Below, in pieces: positions 13,395-24,149 of a stretch of DNA of 64,000 nucleotides. A program made the translations under genes and the position numbers. Under the pieces are notes generated by a model. The model saw only the letters and a list, made by a program, of their open reading frames with translations. It made no database searches and was not told where the DNA came from. How positions within the stretch are numbered: position 1 is the first letter of the stretch; every line of letters begins with the position of its first letter. This stretch comes from Deltaproteobacteria bacterium. Its GTDB lineage: Bacteria; Desulfobacterota; Desulfuromonadia; Geobacterales; Pseudopelobacteraceae. Location of the stretch: positions 5,648-69,647 of the forward strand of contig DAONZY010000005.1 of assembly GCA_035407085.1 (NCBI GenBank), given 5' to 3'.

Positions 13395-14219
13395 ATGGGA
13401 ATCAAGATTTATAAGCCAACATCGCCAGGACGTAGGCATCAAACCTGTTCGACGTTTGAAGAGATTACAACATCAACTCCAGAAAAGTCTCTTCTTATAA
13501 AGCTAAAGAAGACTGGTGGCAGAAATGCATTCGGGCGAGTAACTGCGCGTCATCAAGGCGGCGGTCACAAACAGAAGTATCGTATTATCGACTTTCGCCG
13601 CGACAAGCTTAGCATACCTGCAAAGGTTGCAAGCATTGAGTATGACCCGTGTCGTAGCGCCCGTATCGCCCTACTGCATTATGTAGACGGTGAAAAGCGT
13701 TATATTCTGGCACCTCTTGAGCTGAAGGTGGGTGATACTATTGTCAGCGGACCAGATGCTGATATCAAGCCCGGAAATGCACTTCCTCTGAAGTCAATCC
13801 CTCTGGGAACGATTATTCACAACATCGAGCTAAAGATTGGTAAAGGGGCGCAATTGGCAAGAAGTGCAGGCACATTCGCTCAGCTCATGGCAAAAGAAGG
13901 TCGTTATTCACAAGTCAAGCTTCCCTCTGGTGAAGTACGGATGGTTTTGCAGGACTGCTATGCAACTGTCGGCCAGGTTGGTAATGTTGATCATGAAAAG
14001 GTTAACCTGGGTAAGGCTGGGCGTTCTCGCTGGCTTGGAAAACGACCAAAGGTACGCGGTGTTGCTATGAACCCGGTTGACCACCCACATGGTGGTGGTG
14101 AAGGCCGAACATCTGGTGGTCGTCACCCGGTAACACCTTGGGGTATTCCGACCAAGGGCTACAAGACCAGAACTAATAAGACTTCTGACCGCTTCATTGT
14201 CAAGAAGCGCAGCAAATAA
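13395..14219 (+). CDS. rplB: 50S ribosomal protein L2
   Basis: 274 aa containing [20 protein letters not shown]. Confidence 0.98.
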   Translation: MGIKIYKPTSPGRRHQTCSTFEEITTSTPEKSLLIKLKKTGGRNAFGRVTARHQGGGHKQKYRIIDFRRDKLSIPAKVASIEYDPCRSARIALLHYVDGEKRYILAPLELKVGDTIVSGPDADIKPGNALPLKSIPLGTIIHNIELKIGKGAQLARSAGTFAQLMAKEGRYSQVKLPSGEVRMVLQDCYATVGQVGNVDHEKVNLGKAGRSRWLGKRPKVRGVAMNPVDHPHGGGEGRTSGGRHPVTPWGIPTKGYKTRTNKTSDRFIVKKRSK

Positions 14220-14237
14220 CGCTTGAGAGGCTAATCA

Positions 14238-14516
14238 ATGGCACGTTCTATTAAAAAGGGCCCCTTTGTTGATGGTCACCTGATCAAAAAGGTACAGGCA
14301 GAAGGTCCGAATTCAAAGAAAGTTATTAAAACCTGGTCCCGTCGTTCAACGATCACGCCGGATTTTATAGGAATTAGTCTTGCAGTGCATAATGGTAAAA
14401 AGTTTGTGCCAGTTTATGTTACTGAAAATATGGTCGGACATAAGCTTGGTGAATTTTCTCCAACCAGGACTTTTCACGGCCATGCTGCTGACAAGAAAAG
14501 CAAAGTTAAGAAGTAG
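14238..14516 (+). CDS. rpsS: 30S ribosomal protein S19
   Basis: 92 aa with the [13 protein letters not shown]-terminus. Confidence 0.97.
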   Translation: MARSIKKGPFVDGHLIKKVQAEGPNSKKVIKTWSRRSTITPDFIGISLAVHNGKKFVPVYVTENMVGHKLGEFSPTRTFHGHAADKKSKVKK

Positions 14517-14531
14517 CCAAGGGAGCTAGAC

Positions 14532-14867
14532 ATGGAATCCAGCGCAAAACTGACATTAGTACGCCTTTCACCGCGCAAGACTCGACTGGTTGTCGATCTT
14601 GTCAGGGGCAAAGGTATTCAGGACGCATTGAATACATTGCGTTTTCTGCCCCAGCCTTCTGCCAAGCTGATTGGCAAACTGCTTAAGTCTGCGGTGGCAA
14701 ATGCTGAGCAGAAGGGCGTGTCTGATGTTGATCGTCTTTTTGTAAAATCAATATTTGTTGATGGCGGTACAGTGCTTAAACGTTTTATGCCGCGTGCCAT
14801 GGGGCGCGCAAGCAAAATACGTAAGCCTACAAGTCATATCAGCGTAACTCTTTCAGATACGAAATAG
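14532..14867 (+). CDS. rplV: 50S ribosomal protein L22
   Basis: 111 aa. Its position between rpsS and rpsC matches the usual order. Confidence 0.95.
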   Translation: MESSAKLTLVRLSPRKTRLVVDLVRGKGIQDALNTLRFLPQPSAKLIGKLLKSAVANAEQKGVSDVDRLFVKSIFVDGGTVLKRFMPRAMGRASKIRKPTSHISVTLSDTK

Positions 14868-14889
14868 TTTTATACCGTGGAGGTGTAGT

Positions 14890-15522
14890 TTGGGACAGAA
14901 AGTTAATCCAATAGGCTTTAGGCTAGGAGTAATTAAGACTTGGGAATCCAAGTGGTATGCCGAAGCTGATTATGCAAAATTATTGCATGAGGATATTAAA
15001 ATCCGCGCATTCCTTAAAAAGCGCCTTTATAGTTCTGGTGTTGCCAAGATTGAAATTGAACGTGCTGCCAACAAAACCAGGATTAATATTCACACCGCAA
15101 GACCGGGCCTTATAATTGGTAAAAAGGGCTCAGAGGTCGAAACGATAAAGAAGGAATTGGCTAGCCTCACCTCCAAGGAAGTTTTCATAAATATTATTGA
15201 GGTTCGCAAGCCAGAGCTGGATGCCCAGTTGGTGGCGGAGAATGTTGCGTTGCAGCTTGAGCGTCGAATTGCTTTTCGGCGTGCGATGAAAAAAAGTGTA
15301 ACCTCGGCCTTGAAATTTGGTGCCAAAGGTATTAGAATCACCTGTTCAGGTCGTCTTGGTGGCGCAGAGATGTCGCGCACTGAGTGGTATCGTGAGGGGC
15401 GGGTGCCATTGCATACACTGCGTGCTGATATTGATTATGGCTTTGCTGAGGCCAAGACTACTTATGGTCTGATTGGTATCAAAGTCCTTATTTTCAAGGG
15501 TGAAGTACTCCCCGGTCAATAA
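14890..15522 (+). CDS. rpsC: 30S ribosomal protein S3
   Basis: 210 aa. TTG start 4 nt after GGAGGTG, giving the canonical (M)[13 protein letters not shown]-terminus. Confidence 0.96.
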   Translation: MGQKVNPIGFRLGVIKTWESKWYAEADYAKLLHEDIKIRAFLKKRLYSSGVAKIEIERAANKTRINIHTARPGLIIGKKGSEVETIKKELASLTSKEVFINIIEVRKPELDAQLVAENVALQLERRIAFRRAMKKSVTSALKFGAKGIRITCSGRLGGAEMSRTEWYREGRVPLHTLRADIDYGFAEAKTTYGLIGIKVLIFKGEVLPGQ

Positions 15523-15554
15523 ATACTACTTTTGCAGAACAGGAGTAAGTTTCA

Positions 15555-15977
15555 ATGTTAATGCCGAAGAGGGTTAAACATAGAAAGCAGATGAAGGGGC
15601 GTATGACCGGCAAACCTTGCCGTGGAATTTCGTTTGCCTTCGGCGAGTATGGCTTGCAGGCTACTGAATGTGGCTGGTTGGATTCTCGTCAGATCGAAGC
15701 CGCACGTATTGCAATGACTCGTTATATCAAGAGGGGTGGCAAAATTTGGATCCGTGTTTTCCCGGACAAGCCATTAACATCCAAGCCTGCAGAGACAAGG
15801 ATGGGCAAAGGGAAGGGTTCCCCCGATTCTTGGGTTGCAGTGATCAGGCCGGGAACAATTCTTTATGAAATGGAAGGTGTGACTGAAGAAATTGCTCGTG
15901 AAGCGCTGAGGTTGGCTGCTCATAAGTTGTCGGTCAACACGAAGTTTATTGCCAGGGGTGAAAACCATGAAGCCTAA
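15555..15977 (+). CDS. rplP: 50S ribosomal protein L16
   Basis: 140 aa with the [12 protein letters not shown]-terminus. Confidence 0.97.
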   Translation: MLMPKRVKHRKQMKGRMTGKPCRGISFAFGEYGLQATECGWLDSRQIEAARIAMTRYIKRGGKIWIRVFPDKPLTSKPAETRMGKGKGSPDSWVAVIRPGTILYEMEGVTEEIAREALRLAAHKLSVNTKFIARGENHEA

Positions 15978-16155
15978 AGAGTTACGAACATTGTCCCATG
16001 AGGGGCTTGTTTCTAAAAAATCTGAATATACACAGGAGCTTTTCAATCTGAAGTTCCAATTGCATACTGGTAGGCTTGAGAATACTGCCAAGTTGAAGGA
16101 TGTTCGTCAGAATATCGCCAGAATTAATACTATCCTGACCGAGAAAAAGGCATAG
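15967..16155 (+). CDS. rpmC: 50S ribosomal protein L29
   Basis: The ORF-track ORF (15949) was trimmed to MKPKELRTL at 15967. This overlaps the rplP end by 11 nt, a typical coupling. Confidence 0.92.
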   Translation: MKPKELRTLSHEGLVSKKSEYTQELFNLKFQLHTGRLENTAKLKDVRQNIARINTILTEKKA

Positions 16156-16165
16156 GGAGCAACAG

Positions 16166-16414
16166 ATGAGTGAGCGTGGTCACAGAAGGGTTCAAGAGGG
16201 TGTTGTTGTAGGTGACAAGATGGATAAAACGGTAGTTGTTAAGGTTGACCGTATTATTAAGCATCCTGTCTACAATAAATATATCAAGCGTAGTGCCAAG
16301 TATAAGGTTCATGATGAAAACAACAGCTGCAAAGTTGGTGATCGTGTTCAGATTATTGAGTGCCGTCCGTTAAGCAAGGACAAGCGCTGGAATCTTAAGC
16401 AGATCGCTGAATAG
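16166..16414 (+). CDS. rpsQ: 30S ribosomal protein S17
   Basis: 82 aa containing [14 protein letters not shown]. Conserved order. Confidence 0.95.
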   Translation: MSERGHRRVQEGVVVGDKMDKTVVVKVDRIIKHPVYNKYIKRSAKYKVHDENNSCKVGDRVQIIECRPLSKDKRWNLKQIAE

Positions 16415-16443
16415 TGCATCTTTAAAGACAGGGGTACTTAGTA

Positions 16444-16812
16444 ATGATCCAGATGCAATCCATATTGGATGTAGCCGATAATTCTGGCGCCAAGAAATTA
16501 TTCTGTATCAAGGTGCTGGGCGGCTCTAAAAGGAAATATGCCGGAATTGGTGATGTTATAGTCGCTTCTGTGCGTGAGACATTACCAAATTCAAAGGTTA
16601 AAAAGGGTGATGTTGTCAAGGCTGTTATTGTTCGTACGGCTAAGGAGCTTGGACGTCCTGATGGGTCTTATATCCGTTTTGACGACAATTCTGGTGTGGT
16701 GATCAACAACCAAAAAGAGCCTGTTGGAACACGTATTTTTGGCCCGGTAGCTCGCGAACTGCGCGCCAAGAAATTTATGAAAATCATTTCATTAGCTCCT
16801 GAAGTACTTTAA
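16444..16812 (+). CDS. rplN: 50S ribosomal protein L14
   Basis: 122 aa with the [19 protein letters not shown]-terminus. Confidence 0.98.
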   Translation: MIQMQSILDVADNSGAKKLFCIKVLGGSKRKYAGIGDVIVASVRETLPNSKVKKGDVVKAVIVRTAKELGRPDGSYIRFDDNSGVVINNQKEPVGTRIFGPVARELRAKKFMKIISLAPEVL

Positions 16813-16831
16813 AGGAATCGGAGAAATTTTG

Positions 16832-17158
16832 ATGCAAGCCACAAAAACTCATGTCAGCAAGGGCGAAATGGTAATGGTTATTGCCGGTAAGGAAAAGAAC
16901 AAAACCGGTAAGATCATGCGTCTCCTGCCTAAGAAGGATAGTGTTATAGTCGAAGGCCTGAATATGGCAAAACGTCATATCAAGGCCCGTGGCAACGAAC
17001 CGGGCGGGATTAAGGAAAAGGAAGCTGCAATCCATATCTCTAATGTGATGCCGTACTGTTCCAAGTGTGCTAAGCCGGTCAGGACTAGGAAGCAGGTACT
17101 TGAGAATGGTGATAAGCAGAAGGTTTGCATCAAATGCAACACTGTTCTGGTGAAATAA
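16832..17158 (+). CDS. rplX: 50S ribosomal protein L24 (variant with a Cys4 C-terminal hairpin)
   Basis: KOW-type N-terminus and [18 protein letters not shown] at 16832, with a TTG at 16829 also possible. CSKC and CIKC pairs lie near the C-terminus. Confidence 0.94.
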   Translation: MQATKTHVSKGEMVMVIAGKEKNKTGKIMRLLPKKDSVIVEGLNMAKRHIKARGNEPGGIKEKEAAIHISNVMPYCSKCAKPVRTRKQVLENGDKQKVCIKCNTVLVK

Positions 17159-17174
17159 CAGGAGGAACGAGATA

Positions 17175-17714
17175 ATGGCTCGACTTAAAGAGATTTATTA
17201 TAAAGATGTGGTCCCCAAGCTGCGTGAAGACTATAAATATGACAATGTTATGGAGATTCCGAAAATTGTCAAAGTGGTTGTAAACATGGGGTTGGGAGAA
17301 GCGATTCAGAATGTCAAAGTTCTTGACTCTGCTGTTACCGAACTGACTGCAATTACTGGTCAGAAGTCTGTGATTACCAAGGCTAAAAAGTCTATTGCCA
17401 GTTTTAAACTGCGTCAAGGTATGCCGATTGGCTGTATGGTGACGTTGCGCCGTGAACGCATGTTCGAATTTCTTGATCGCCTCATGAACGTGTCGCTTGC
17501 AAGGGTGCGCGATTTCAAAGGTGTGTCGCCCAAGGCATTCGACGGTAAGGGTAACTATACCCTAGGTGTCAAGGAACAGCTTATATTCCCTGAAATTAAC
17601 TATGATAAGGTTGAGAAAATCAAGGGAATGAATATTACCATAGTAACTAGTGCCAAGACTGACGAAGAGGGCAGGGCGTTACTTAAGTACCTGGGCATGC
17701 CGTTCAGGAACTAA
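17175..17714 (+). CDS. rplE: 50S ribosomal protein L5
   Basis: 179 aa with the [17 protein letters not shown]-terminus. Confidence 0.97.
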   Translation: MARLKEIYYKDVVPKLREDYKYDNVMEIPKIVKVVVNMGLGEAIQNVKVLDSAVTELTAITGQKSVITKAKKSIASFKLRQGMPIGCMVTLRRERMFEFLDRLMNVSLARVRDFKGVSPKAFDGKGNYTLGVKEQLIFPEINYDKVEKIKGMNITIVTSAKTDEEGRALLKYLGMPFRN

Positions 17715-17732
17715 GATAATCTGGAGGATTCC

Positions 17733-17918
17733 GTGGCAAAAGTTTCAATGATCATTAAGTCCCAGCGTAAGCCGAAATTCCAGGTGCAGCAGCATAACCG
17801 CTGCTCAGTTTGCGGTAGGCCCAAGGCATTTTACCGTAAATTCCAAATGTGCAGAATTTGCCTCCGCAAATATGCATCTATGGGACAGATCCCCGGCGTG
17901 ATTAAATCGAGCTGGTAA
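17733..17918 (+). CDS. rpsN: 30S ribosomal protein S14, short zinc-binding type Z
   Basis: 61 aa, GTG start, with CSVCGR...CRIC (CxxC-x12-CxxC). It lies between rplE and rpsH. Confidence 0.95.
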   Translation: MAKVSMIIKSQRKPKFQVQQHNRCSVCGRPKAFYRKFQMCRICLRKYASMGQIPGVIKSSW

Positions 17919-17957
17919 TCAACAACGATTGAAGAAATCGACAGGAGTTAACGTACG

Positions 17958-18356
17958 ATGTCCATGACAGATCCAATCGCCGATATGCTGACCAGAATCA
18001 GGAATGCAAATATGGTTAAACACCAGAAGGTTGACATTCCTTCTTCTACTCTGAAGGTTAATATTGCTGCTGTTCTCAAGCAGGAAGGCTTTATTAAGAA
18101 CTATAAAGTGATCTCTGATAACCTCCAGGGCGTGCTGAGAATATATCTGAAATATATTGATGAAAAGGATTGCGTAATCAACGAGATTAAGCGCATCAGC
18201 AAACCTGGTGGCCGTGTGTATGTAAAATCAGATGACATTCCGGTTATTAAGAGTGGTCTTGGTATAGCAATCCTTTCTACCTCGAAGGGTATATTGACAG
18301 ATGTAGCTGCCCGGAAAGCCGGTCTGGGTGGTGAGATTATCTGTACGGTCTGGTAA
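17958..18356 (+). CDS. rpsH: 30S ribosomal protein S8
   Basis: 132 aa with the [16 protein letters not shown]-terminus. Confidence 0.97.
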   Translation: MSMTDPIADMLTRIRNANMVKHQKVDIPSSTLKVNIAAVLKQEGFIKNYKVISDNLQGVLRIYLKYIDEKDCVINEIKRISKPGGRVYVKSDDIPVIKSGLGIAILSTSKGILTDVAARKAGLGGEIICTVW

Positions 18357-18381
18357 TCAACAACTCAAGGAGTAAGAAGCG

Positions 18382-18921
18382 ATGTCTAGAATAGGGAAGC
18401 TTCCCATAGAGATAGCTAAAGGCGTTTCTGTAAAATATATTAATTCTGAATTGACCGTTAAAGGTCCTAATGGGACATTGCAGCGTCAGATTATGCCTTT
18501 TGTTACGCTTGATATTTCTGATACATGCGTGACTGTTAATAGGAATGATGATTCCTCTTCTGCCCGTGCAGCACACGGTTTGACCAGAACTCTGATTAAC
18601 AATATGGTTGTCGGTGTAACGAGCGGATTTCAGGAAAACCTTGAAATCAATGGTGTTGGTTATCGTGCTGAAGTAAAAGGCAAGGAGCTTGTTCTGAGCC
18701 TCGGATATTCACATCCTGTAAACTTCCAGATTCCTGACGGCATTGCAATTGAAGTTGATAAGATGACGAAGATTTCAATCAAGGGTTTTGATAAAGAGTT
18801 GGTTGGACAGACTGCAGCCAAGATCAGGTCATTCCGTGCTCCCGAACCTTATAAGGGTAAAGGGATTAAATATGCTGACGAGACTATTCTAAGAAAAGCC
18901 GGCAAGACTGGTAAAAAGTAG
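18382..18921 (+). CDS. rplF: 50S ribosomal protein L6
   Basis: 179 aa with the [12 protein letters not shown]-terminus. Confidence 0.97.
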   Translation: MSRIGKLPIEIAKGVSVKYINSELTVKGPNGTLQRQIMPFVTLDISDTCVTVNRNDDSSSARAAHGLTRTLINNMVVGVTSGFQENLEINGVGYRAEVKGKELVLSLGYSHPVNFQIPDGIAIEVDKMTKISIKGFDKELVGQTAAKIRSFRAPEPYKGKGIKYADETILRKAGKTGKK

Positions 18922-18940
18922 TCTTTATAAGGAGATTGTT

Positions 18941-19306
18941 GTGGCAAAAACAGCACTTAAAACTGTAACCAGACTTAAGCGTCAGGTACGTGTACGAAAA
19001 AAAATCAGGGGCTCTGAGGCTAGGCCACGTTTGAATGTCTTCAAAAGCGCCAAACATATTTATGCTCAGATCATTGACGACACCAAAGGTGTTACACTTG
19101 CTTCCTGCTCAACACTGGCGGCTGGCTCTGATGTGTTAGCATATACAGGAAATGTTGAAGCTGCAGTATTTGTTGGGAAGGAGATTGCAAAAATTGCTAA
19201 CGAGAAAGGGATTACCGCTGTTGTTTTTGATCGTAACGGTTTTCTCTATCATGGCAGAATAAAGGCATTGGCAGATGCAGCCCGTGAATCAGGGCTTGTT
19301 TTCTAA
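18941..19306 (+). CDS. rplR: 50S ribosomal protein L18
   Basis: 121 aa, GTG start after AAGGAG, with the C-terminal [17 protein letters not shown] block. Confidence 0.96.
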   Translation: MAKTALKTVTRLKRQVRVRKKIRGSEARPRLNVFKSAKHIYAQIIDDTKGVTLASCSTLAAGSDVLAYTGNVEAAVFVGKEIAKIANEKGITAVVFDRNGFLYHGRIKALADAARESGLVF

Positions 19307-19326
19307 AGCATTAGGGGAGGTTATCA

Positions 19327-19815
19327 TTGAGTAGAATAATAGCAACGGATCTGAATCTTACTGACCGTGTAGTACATATCAGCCGTGTCGCCAAGGTTGT
19401 TAAAGGTGGCCGTCGTTTCAGTTTTTCCGCACTGGTAGTTGTTGGTGACGGAAGTGGTCATGTTGGTTATGGTCTTGGAAAAGCAAATGAGGTTCCTGAG
19501 GCCATCAGGAAGGGTGTTGAGCAGGCAAAGAAAAACCTTATCAAAGTGCCTGTAAGCTCGAATCAATCAATCCCTTTTGAAATAGAAGGCCATTTTGGGG
19601 CTGGCAAGCTGCTTATGAAGCCTGCTTCTGCTGGTACTGGTGTAATTGCTGGTGGTGCTGCACGTGCTATTTTCGAAGCTGCGGGCATCAATAATATCCT
19701 GTCCAAGTGCCTTGGTTCCAATAACCCTCACAATGTAGTCAAGGCGGCTTTTGAAGGACTCAAGCGCCTGAAGACTCCTGACGAAATCGCCGCACGGCGC
19801 GGTTTAGCTGAATAA
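19327..19815 (+). CDS. rpsE: 30S ribosomal protein S5
   Basis: 162 aa, TTG start after GGGGAGG, containing [14 protein letters not shown]. Confidence 0.96.
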   Translation: MSRIIATDLNLTDRVVHISRVAKVVKGGRRFSFSALVVVGDGSGHVGYGLGKANEVPEAIRKGVEQAKKNLIKVPVSSNQSIPFEIEGHFGAGKLLMKPASAGTGVIAGGAARAIFEAAGINNILSKCLGSNNPHNVVKAAFEGLKRLKTPDEIAARRGLAE

Positions 19816-19833
19816 TTGACGAGGAAAGCTGCT

Positions 19834-20013
19834 ATGAGTGCAATGATAAAGATTACCTTGGTTAAAAGTACTATTGGCAAACCCAAAAAACATAGAGATG
19901 TTGTCGCTGGGTTGGGGCTTACAAAGCTTAATAAGACAGTTGAGTTGCCCGATACTCCTGAAATCCGTGGAATGATTGCAAAAATCGGCCACATGCTTAA
20001 TATCGCTCAGTAA
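19834..20013 (+). CDS. rpmD: 50S ribosomal protein L30
   Basis: The ORF-track ORF (19816) was trimmed to the ATG at 19834, with GAGGAAAG upstream. The IKITLVKSTIG motif is present. Starting at 19843 is also possible. Confidence 0.88.
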   Translation: MSAMIKITLVKSTIGKPKKHRDVVAGLGLTKLNKTVELPDTPEIRGMIAKIGHMLNIAQ

Positions 20014-20024
20014 AGGTGGTTAGA

Positions 20025-20468
20025 ATGGATTTGAACACACTTAAACCCGCTCTGGGGTCAACAAAACAGGCGAAACGAATTGGTCGTGGTGCTGGTTCCG
20101 GCCACGGCAAAACAGCGACAAAAGGACATAAAGGGCAGAAAGCTCGTTCTGGTGGAAGCATCAAGGCTGGTTTTGAAGGTGGTCAGATGCCGTTGCAGCG
20201 CAGGCTTCCAAAACGAGGTTTTACACCTCTAAATCGGATTGAATATGCCCTTGTCAATATTGAACAGCTAGACGTGTTTGAAGCCGGAGCAACTGTTGAT
20301 GCAAGCCAGCTTGCGTCGAAGGGTTTGATTAAATCCGTCTTTATTCCAGTCAAGGTGTTGGGGAATGGCGACATTACAAAATCTCTTAAGGTTGTGGCAG
20401 CTCGTTTTAGCCAATCTGCTAAAGATAAGATTGCTGCCGCCGGTGGTTCTGCTGAGGAGATTGCTTAG
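20025..20468 (+). CDS. rplO: 50S ribosomal protein L15
   Basis: Trimmed to MDLNTLKP at 20025, with AAAGGTGG upstream. The glycine/basic-rich N-terminal region is typical of L15. Confidence 0.95.
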   Translation: MDLNTLKPALGSTKQAKRIGRGAGSGHGKTATKGHKGQKARSGGSIKAGFEGGQMPLQRRLPKRGFTPLNRIEYALVNIEQLDVFEAGATVDASQLASKGLIKSVFIPVKVLGNGDITKSLKVVAARFSQSAKDKIAAAGGSAEEIA

Positions 20469-21775
20469 TGCTTGAAGCACTTAAGAATATATTCAGAATT
20501 CCGGAACTGAAAAACAGGGTATTGTTTTCGCTTGGGATGCTGGCAGTCTACAGGATAGGTTGTCATATTCCCACACCTGGAATAGATAGAGTTGCTCTAG
20601 CGCATTTTTTTAAACAAGCTCAAGGCACATTACTTGGCTTGTTTGACATGTTTTCGGGCGGTGCGCTTGAAAGACTATCTGTATTTGCTCTAGGGATCAT
20701 GCCCTATATCTCATCTTCGATCATTTTTCAATTGCTTACGGTAATTGTTCCGGCAATTGAAAAACTGTCCAAAGAAGGTGAGTCAGGCCGTAAGAAGATT
20801 ATCCAATATACCCGTTACGGCACTATATTGCTTAGTGTTGTTCAAGGACTTGGTATCGCGATCGGTCTTGAGAGCATGCGTGGCCCGGCCGGTGAGCTTG
20901 TTGTGCCTGCACCGGGTTGGACGTTCAGGTTGCTTACGGTACTTACACTAACTGCTGGTACAGCTTTTATTATGTGGCTTGGCGAACAGATGTCGGAGAA
21001 GGGTATTGGTAATGGCATTTCTCTGATTATCTTTGCAGGAATTGTTGTTGGTATCCCCAATGCCATTCTGAATACATTGAAGCTTCTTAATGCTAGCCAA
21101 CTTTCTCTTTTTGTGATCATCTTCGTTTTGGCGCTCATGTTTGTTGTGATTGGCTGTATTGTTTTTGTTGAGCGGGGTCAGCGACGTTTGCCTATTCACT
21201 ACGCCAAGCGTGTTGTAGGCCTTAAGACATTTAATTCGCAGTCGTCTCATTTGCCTCTGAAGGTAAATATGGCTGGGGTCATCCCCCCAATCTTTGCATC
21301 GTCAATTATCATGTTTCCTGCAACAGTGGCGAACTTTATTGACATTCCGTGGGTACAGCAGGCCGCTAAAAATCTTTCCCCTGGTCATTGGATGTATAAC
21401 TTGTTTTTTGTTGCCTTCATAATATTTTTCTGCTATTTCTATACGGCTGTGACATTTAATCCGGTCGATGTTGCTGAGAATATAAAGAAGCATGGTGGTT
21501 ATATACCTGGTATCAGGCCAGGGCGTGAAACATCGGATTTTATGGATAGTGTGCTGACGAGGCTTACATTCGCGGGTGCTATCTATATATCTGTGGTTTG
21601 CGTGTTGCCTACTGTTTTGATTGACAAGTTCAATCTTCCGTTCTACTTCGGTGGAACAGCGTTGCTGATTGCTGTCGGGGTTGGTATGGACACGGTGGCC
21701 CAAATCGAATCGCACCTGATTACGCGCAATTATGAGGGGTTTCTTAAGGGCGTAAGGATCAGGGGTAGGAGGTAG
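20468..21775 (+). CDS. secY: Preprotein translocase subunit SecY
   Basis: 435 aa, polytopic and hydrophobic. GTG start overlapping the rplO stop. It occupies the canonical rplO-secY-adk position. Confidence 0.96.
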   Translation: MLEALKNIFRIPELKNRVLFSLGMLAVYRIGCHIPTPGIDRVALAHFFKQAQGTLLGLFDMFSGGALERLSVFALGIMPYISSSIIFQLLTVIVPAIEKLSKEGESGRKKIIQYTRYGTILLSVVQGLGIAIGLESMRGPAGELVVPAPGWTFRLLTVLTLTAGTAFIMWLGEQMSEKGIGNGISLIIFAGIVVGIPNAILNTLKLLNASQLSLFVIIFVLALMFVVIGCIVFVERGQRRLPIHYAKRVVGLKTFNSQSSHLPLKVNMAGVIPPIFASSIIMFPATVANFIDIPWVQQAAKNLSPGHWMYNLFFVAFIIFFCYFYTAVTFNPVDVAENIKKHGGYIPGIRPGRETSDFMDSVLTRLTFAGAIYISVVCVLPTVLIDKFNLPFYFGGTALLIAVGVGMDTVAQIESHLITRNYEGFLKGVRIRGRR

Positions 21776-21776
21776 C

Positions 21777-22439
21777 ATGAATGTTATTCTGTTTGGCCCT
21801 CCGGGTGCGGGTAAGGGTACTCAGGCCGTATTTATAGTGGATAATTATGGTATTCCGCAGGTCTCAACTGGGGATTTGCTGCGTGCTGCTATCAAGGAAC
21901 AATTACCTTTGGGTCTGAAGGCCAAGTCTATTATGGATGCGGGGGGGCTGGTCCCTGATGATGTTGTTATGGGGATAGTTGAGGAGAGGCTGGCGCAATC
22001 AGACTGCACAAGTGGGTTTGTTTTGGATGGCTTTCCGCGAACCATTGCTCAGGCGGATGCGTTGAATCAATTGTTAACAAAAATGGGTAAGCGCATAGAC
22101 TGTGTGGTTTCGTTGGAGATTGCGAATTCCGAAATTGTTCAGCGTATATCTGGTCGTAGAACGTGTTCGGCATGTGGTAAGGGCTATCACATTCGTAATG
22201 CACCACCACAACGTGAGGGTGTTTGTGATGCCTGTGGTGGTTCCTTGAGGCAGCGCGATGATGACAGTGAGGCGGCTGTTCAAAACAGGCTTTCTGTTTA
22301 TGATGAGCAGACCTCGCCCCTCAAAGAGTATTACAGGTCGATCGGCATTTTAAAGGTTGTTGATGGTTCTGCCGCTATTTTGGACATACAGAAACAGATA
22401 GGGGATATTCTCGAAGGCTGCAAGTGTGATCATCCTTAA
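21777..22439 (+). CDS. adk: Adenylate kinase (zinc-lid type)
   Basis: P-loop GPPGAGKGTQ. The lid has CSACG...CDACGG (four Cys). Confidence 0.96.
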   Translation: MNVILFGPPGAGKGTQAVFIVDNYGIPQVSTGDLLRAAIKEQLPLGLKAKSIMDAGGLVPDDVVMGIVEERLAQSDCTSGFVLDGFPRTIAQADALNQLLTKMGKRIDCVVSLEIANSEIVQRISGRRTCSACGKGYHIRNAPPQREGVCDACGGSLRQRDDDSEAAVQNRLSVYDEQTSPLKEYYRSIGILKVVDGSAAILDIQKQIGDILEGCKCDHP

Positions 22440-23172
22440 GTCGCCTCGTGAGATTGAGAGAATGCGCAAGCCATGCCGGATGGTTGCTGAAATTCTCATG
22501 TTGCTCAAGGAACGGGTCAAGCCGGGTGTGACAACAGTAGATCTGGACAGATTTGCTGAACAAGAGGCGAATAGGCGGAACGCCAAACCAGCCTTTAAGG
22601 GATATCATAACTATCCTGCAGCGTTGTGCTGCTCTGTTAATGAACAAGTTGTGCATGGAATACCGAACACTAAGCCTCTTGTAGAAGGCGATATTGTCAG
22701 TTTAGATTTTGGGATACTGTTTGATGACTATTATGGTGATGCAGCCGTAACTCTTCCAGTTGGTAAGATTAGTAGTCAGGCAGAATCTCTGCTTTCGGTA
22801 ACAGAACAGTCGCTTTACAAGGGGATCGAAAAGGCTGTTGTTGGAATGCGGCTTTTTGATATCTCCCACGCTGTGCAGAATCATGTTGAACGTCTCGGTT
22901 ATTCTGTGGTCAGGGATTTTGTTGGGCATGGGATTGGTAAAAATCTGCATGAAGAACCACAGATTCCAAATTATGGTGCGCCAGGCAAAGGTGTAAAATT
23001 AAAGCCTGGTATGGTGCTTGCCATTGAGCCGATGATCAATCAGGGTGATTATTGTGTCAAGGTGTTGGATGACGACTGGACAGTGGTGACGGCGGATGGT
23101 TGTCTCTCTGCTCATTTTGAACATACGGTGGCCATCACGGAAAATGGTCCTGATATTTTGACGCAACTATGA
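22426..23172 (+). CDS. map: Type I methionine aminopeptidase
   Basis: 248 aa. The metal-ligand context is present (DFG..YYGD, GHGIG, EPM, EHT). It overlaps the adk end by 14 nt. Confidence 0.95.
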   Translation: MIILKSPREIERMRKPCRMVAEILMLLKERVKPGVTTVDLDRFAEQEANRRNAKPAFKGYHNYPAALCCSVNEQVVHGIPNTKPLVEGDIVSLDFGILFDDYYGDAAVTLPVGKISSQAESLLSVTEQSLYKGIEKAVVGMRLFDISHAVQNHVERLGYSVVRDFVGHGIGKNLHEEPQIPNYGAPGKGVKLKPGMVLAIEPMINQGDYCVKVLDDDWTVVTADGCLSAHFEHTVAITENGPDILTQL

Positions 23173-23193
23173 TTATGCGTGAAGGGGTGTGAA

Positions 23194-23307
23194 ATGAAGG
23201 TTAGGGCATCGGTAAAGAAAATTTGCGATAAATGTAAAATTATTAAACGCAAGGGTATTGTTCGCGTCATTTGCGATATTCCCAAACATTCCCAGCGTCA
23301 GGGATGA
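23194..23307 (+). CDS. rpmJ: 50S ribosomal protein L36 (not in the ORF track, below its size cut-off)
   Basis: Hand translation gives [40 protein letters not shown] at 23194, 6 nt after GAAGGGGTG, and TGA at 23305-23307. Zn-type CxxC...CxxxH is present. Confidence 0.93.
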   Translation: MKVRASVKKICDKCKIIKRKGIVRVICDIPKHSQRQG

Positions 23308-23329
23308 GTAATTAAAGGAGGACGGTCAA

Positions 23330-23698
23330 TTGGCACGAATTGCTGGTATTGATTTACCAAAGAACAAGCGAATAGTTATTGCCCTGACGTATATTTACGG
23401 GATCGGAAACTCGACAGCAGAATCTATTCTTGAATCCGCGAATATTGATCCCAATATACGTACAGATAAGCTTACGGAAGCTGATGTCTCCCGGCTGAGA
23501 GATGAGATCGACCGTAATGTTAAGGTTGAAGGTGACTTGCGCCGTGAGATTTCCATGAATATTAAACGCCTGATGGATTTGGGTTGTTATCGTGGTTTGA
23601 GACACAGAAAAGGCCTGCCTGTAAGAGGGCAGCGTACAAAGACAAATGCCCGCACAAGAAAAGGCCCAGCACGTACAGTTGCCGGCAAGAAGAAATAA
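23330..23698 (+). CDS. rpsM: 30S ribosomal protein S13
   Basis: 122 aa. TTG start after AAAGGAGG, giving the canonical (M)[10 protein letters not shown]-terminus. Confidence 0.96.
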   Translation: MARIAGIDLPKNKRIVIALTYIYGIGNSTAESILESANIDPNIRTDKLTEADVSRLRDEIDRNVKVEGDLRREISMNIKRLMDLGCYRGLRHRKGLPVRGQRTKTNARTRKGPARTVAGKKK

Positions 23699-23723
23699 TC
23701 TCATCTAGTCTTGGAGAATTCGA

Positions 23724-24119
23724 ATGGCAAGCCCAGCAAAAAAAGTTGTGCGCAAAAAGAAAGAGCGTAAAAACATTACTAATTGTGTGGCTCATATTCA
23801 GGCCACCTTTAATAACACAATTATTACAATTACAGACCCTGTCGGTAACGTGATTGCATGGTCCACCTCCGGTGCAAAGGGATTTAAGGGATCGCGAAAG
23901 AGTACACCGTTTGCAGCCCAGATAGCAGCAGAGGATTGTGCAAAAAAGGCGCAGGAGCATGGTCTCAGGAATATTGAGGTGTATGTGAAAGGTCCAGGGT
24001 CTGGTCGTGAGTCTGCTCTCAGGGCTCTTCAGGCGGCAGGCTTCAATGTGAGCTTTATTAAGGACGTTACGCCAATTCCGCATAACGGTTGCCGTCCGCC
24101 AAAGAGAAGAAGAGTTTAA
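23724..24119 (+). CDS. rpsK: 30S ribosomal protein S11
   Basis: 131 aa with the C-terminal [18 protein letters not shown]. Confidence 0.97.
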   Translation: MASPAKKVVRKKKERKNITNCVAHIQATFNNTIITITDPVGNVIAWSTSGAKGFKGSRKSTPFAAQIAAEDCAKKAQEHGLRNIEVYVKGPGSGRESALRALQAAGFNVSFIKDVTPIPHNGCRPPKRRRV

Positions 24120-24149
24120 TTCACGTTATCCATTTCAAGGAGGTTTTCA

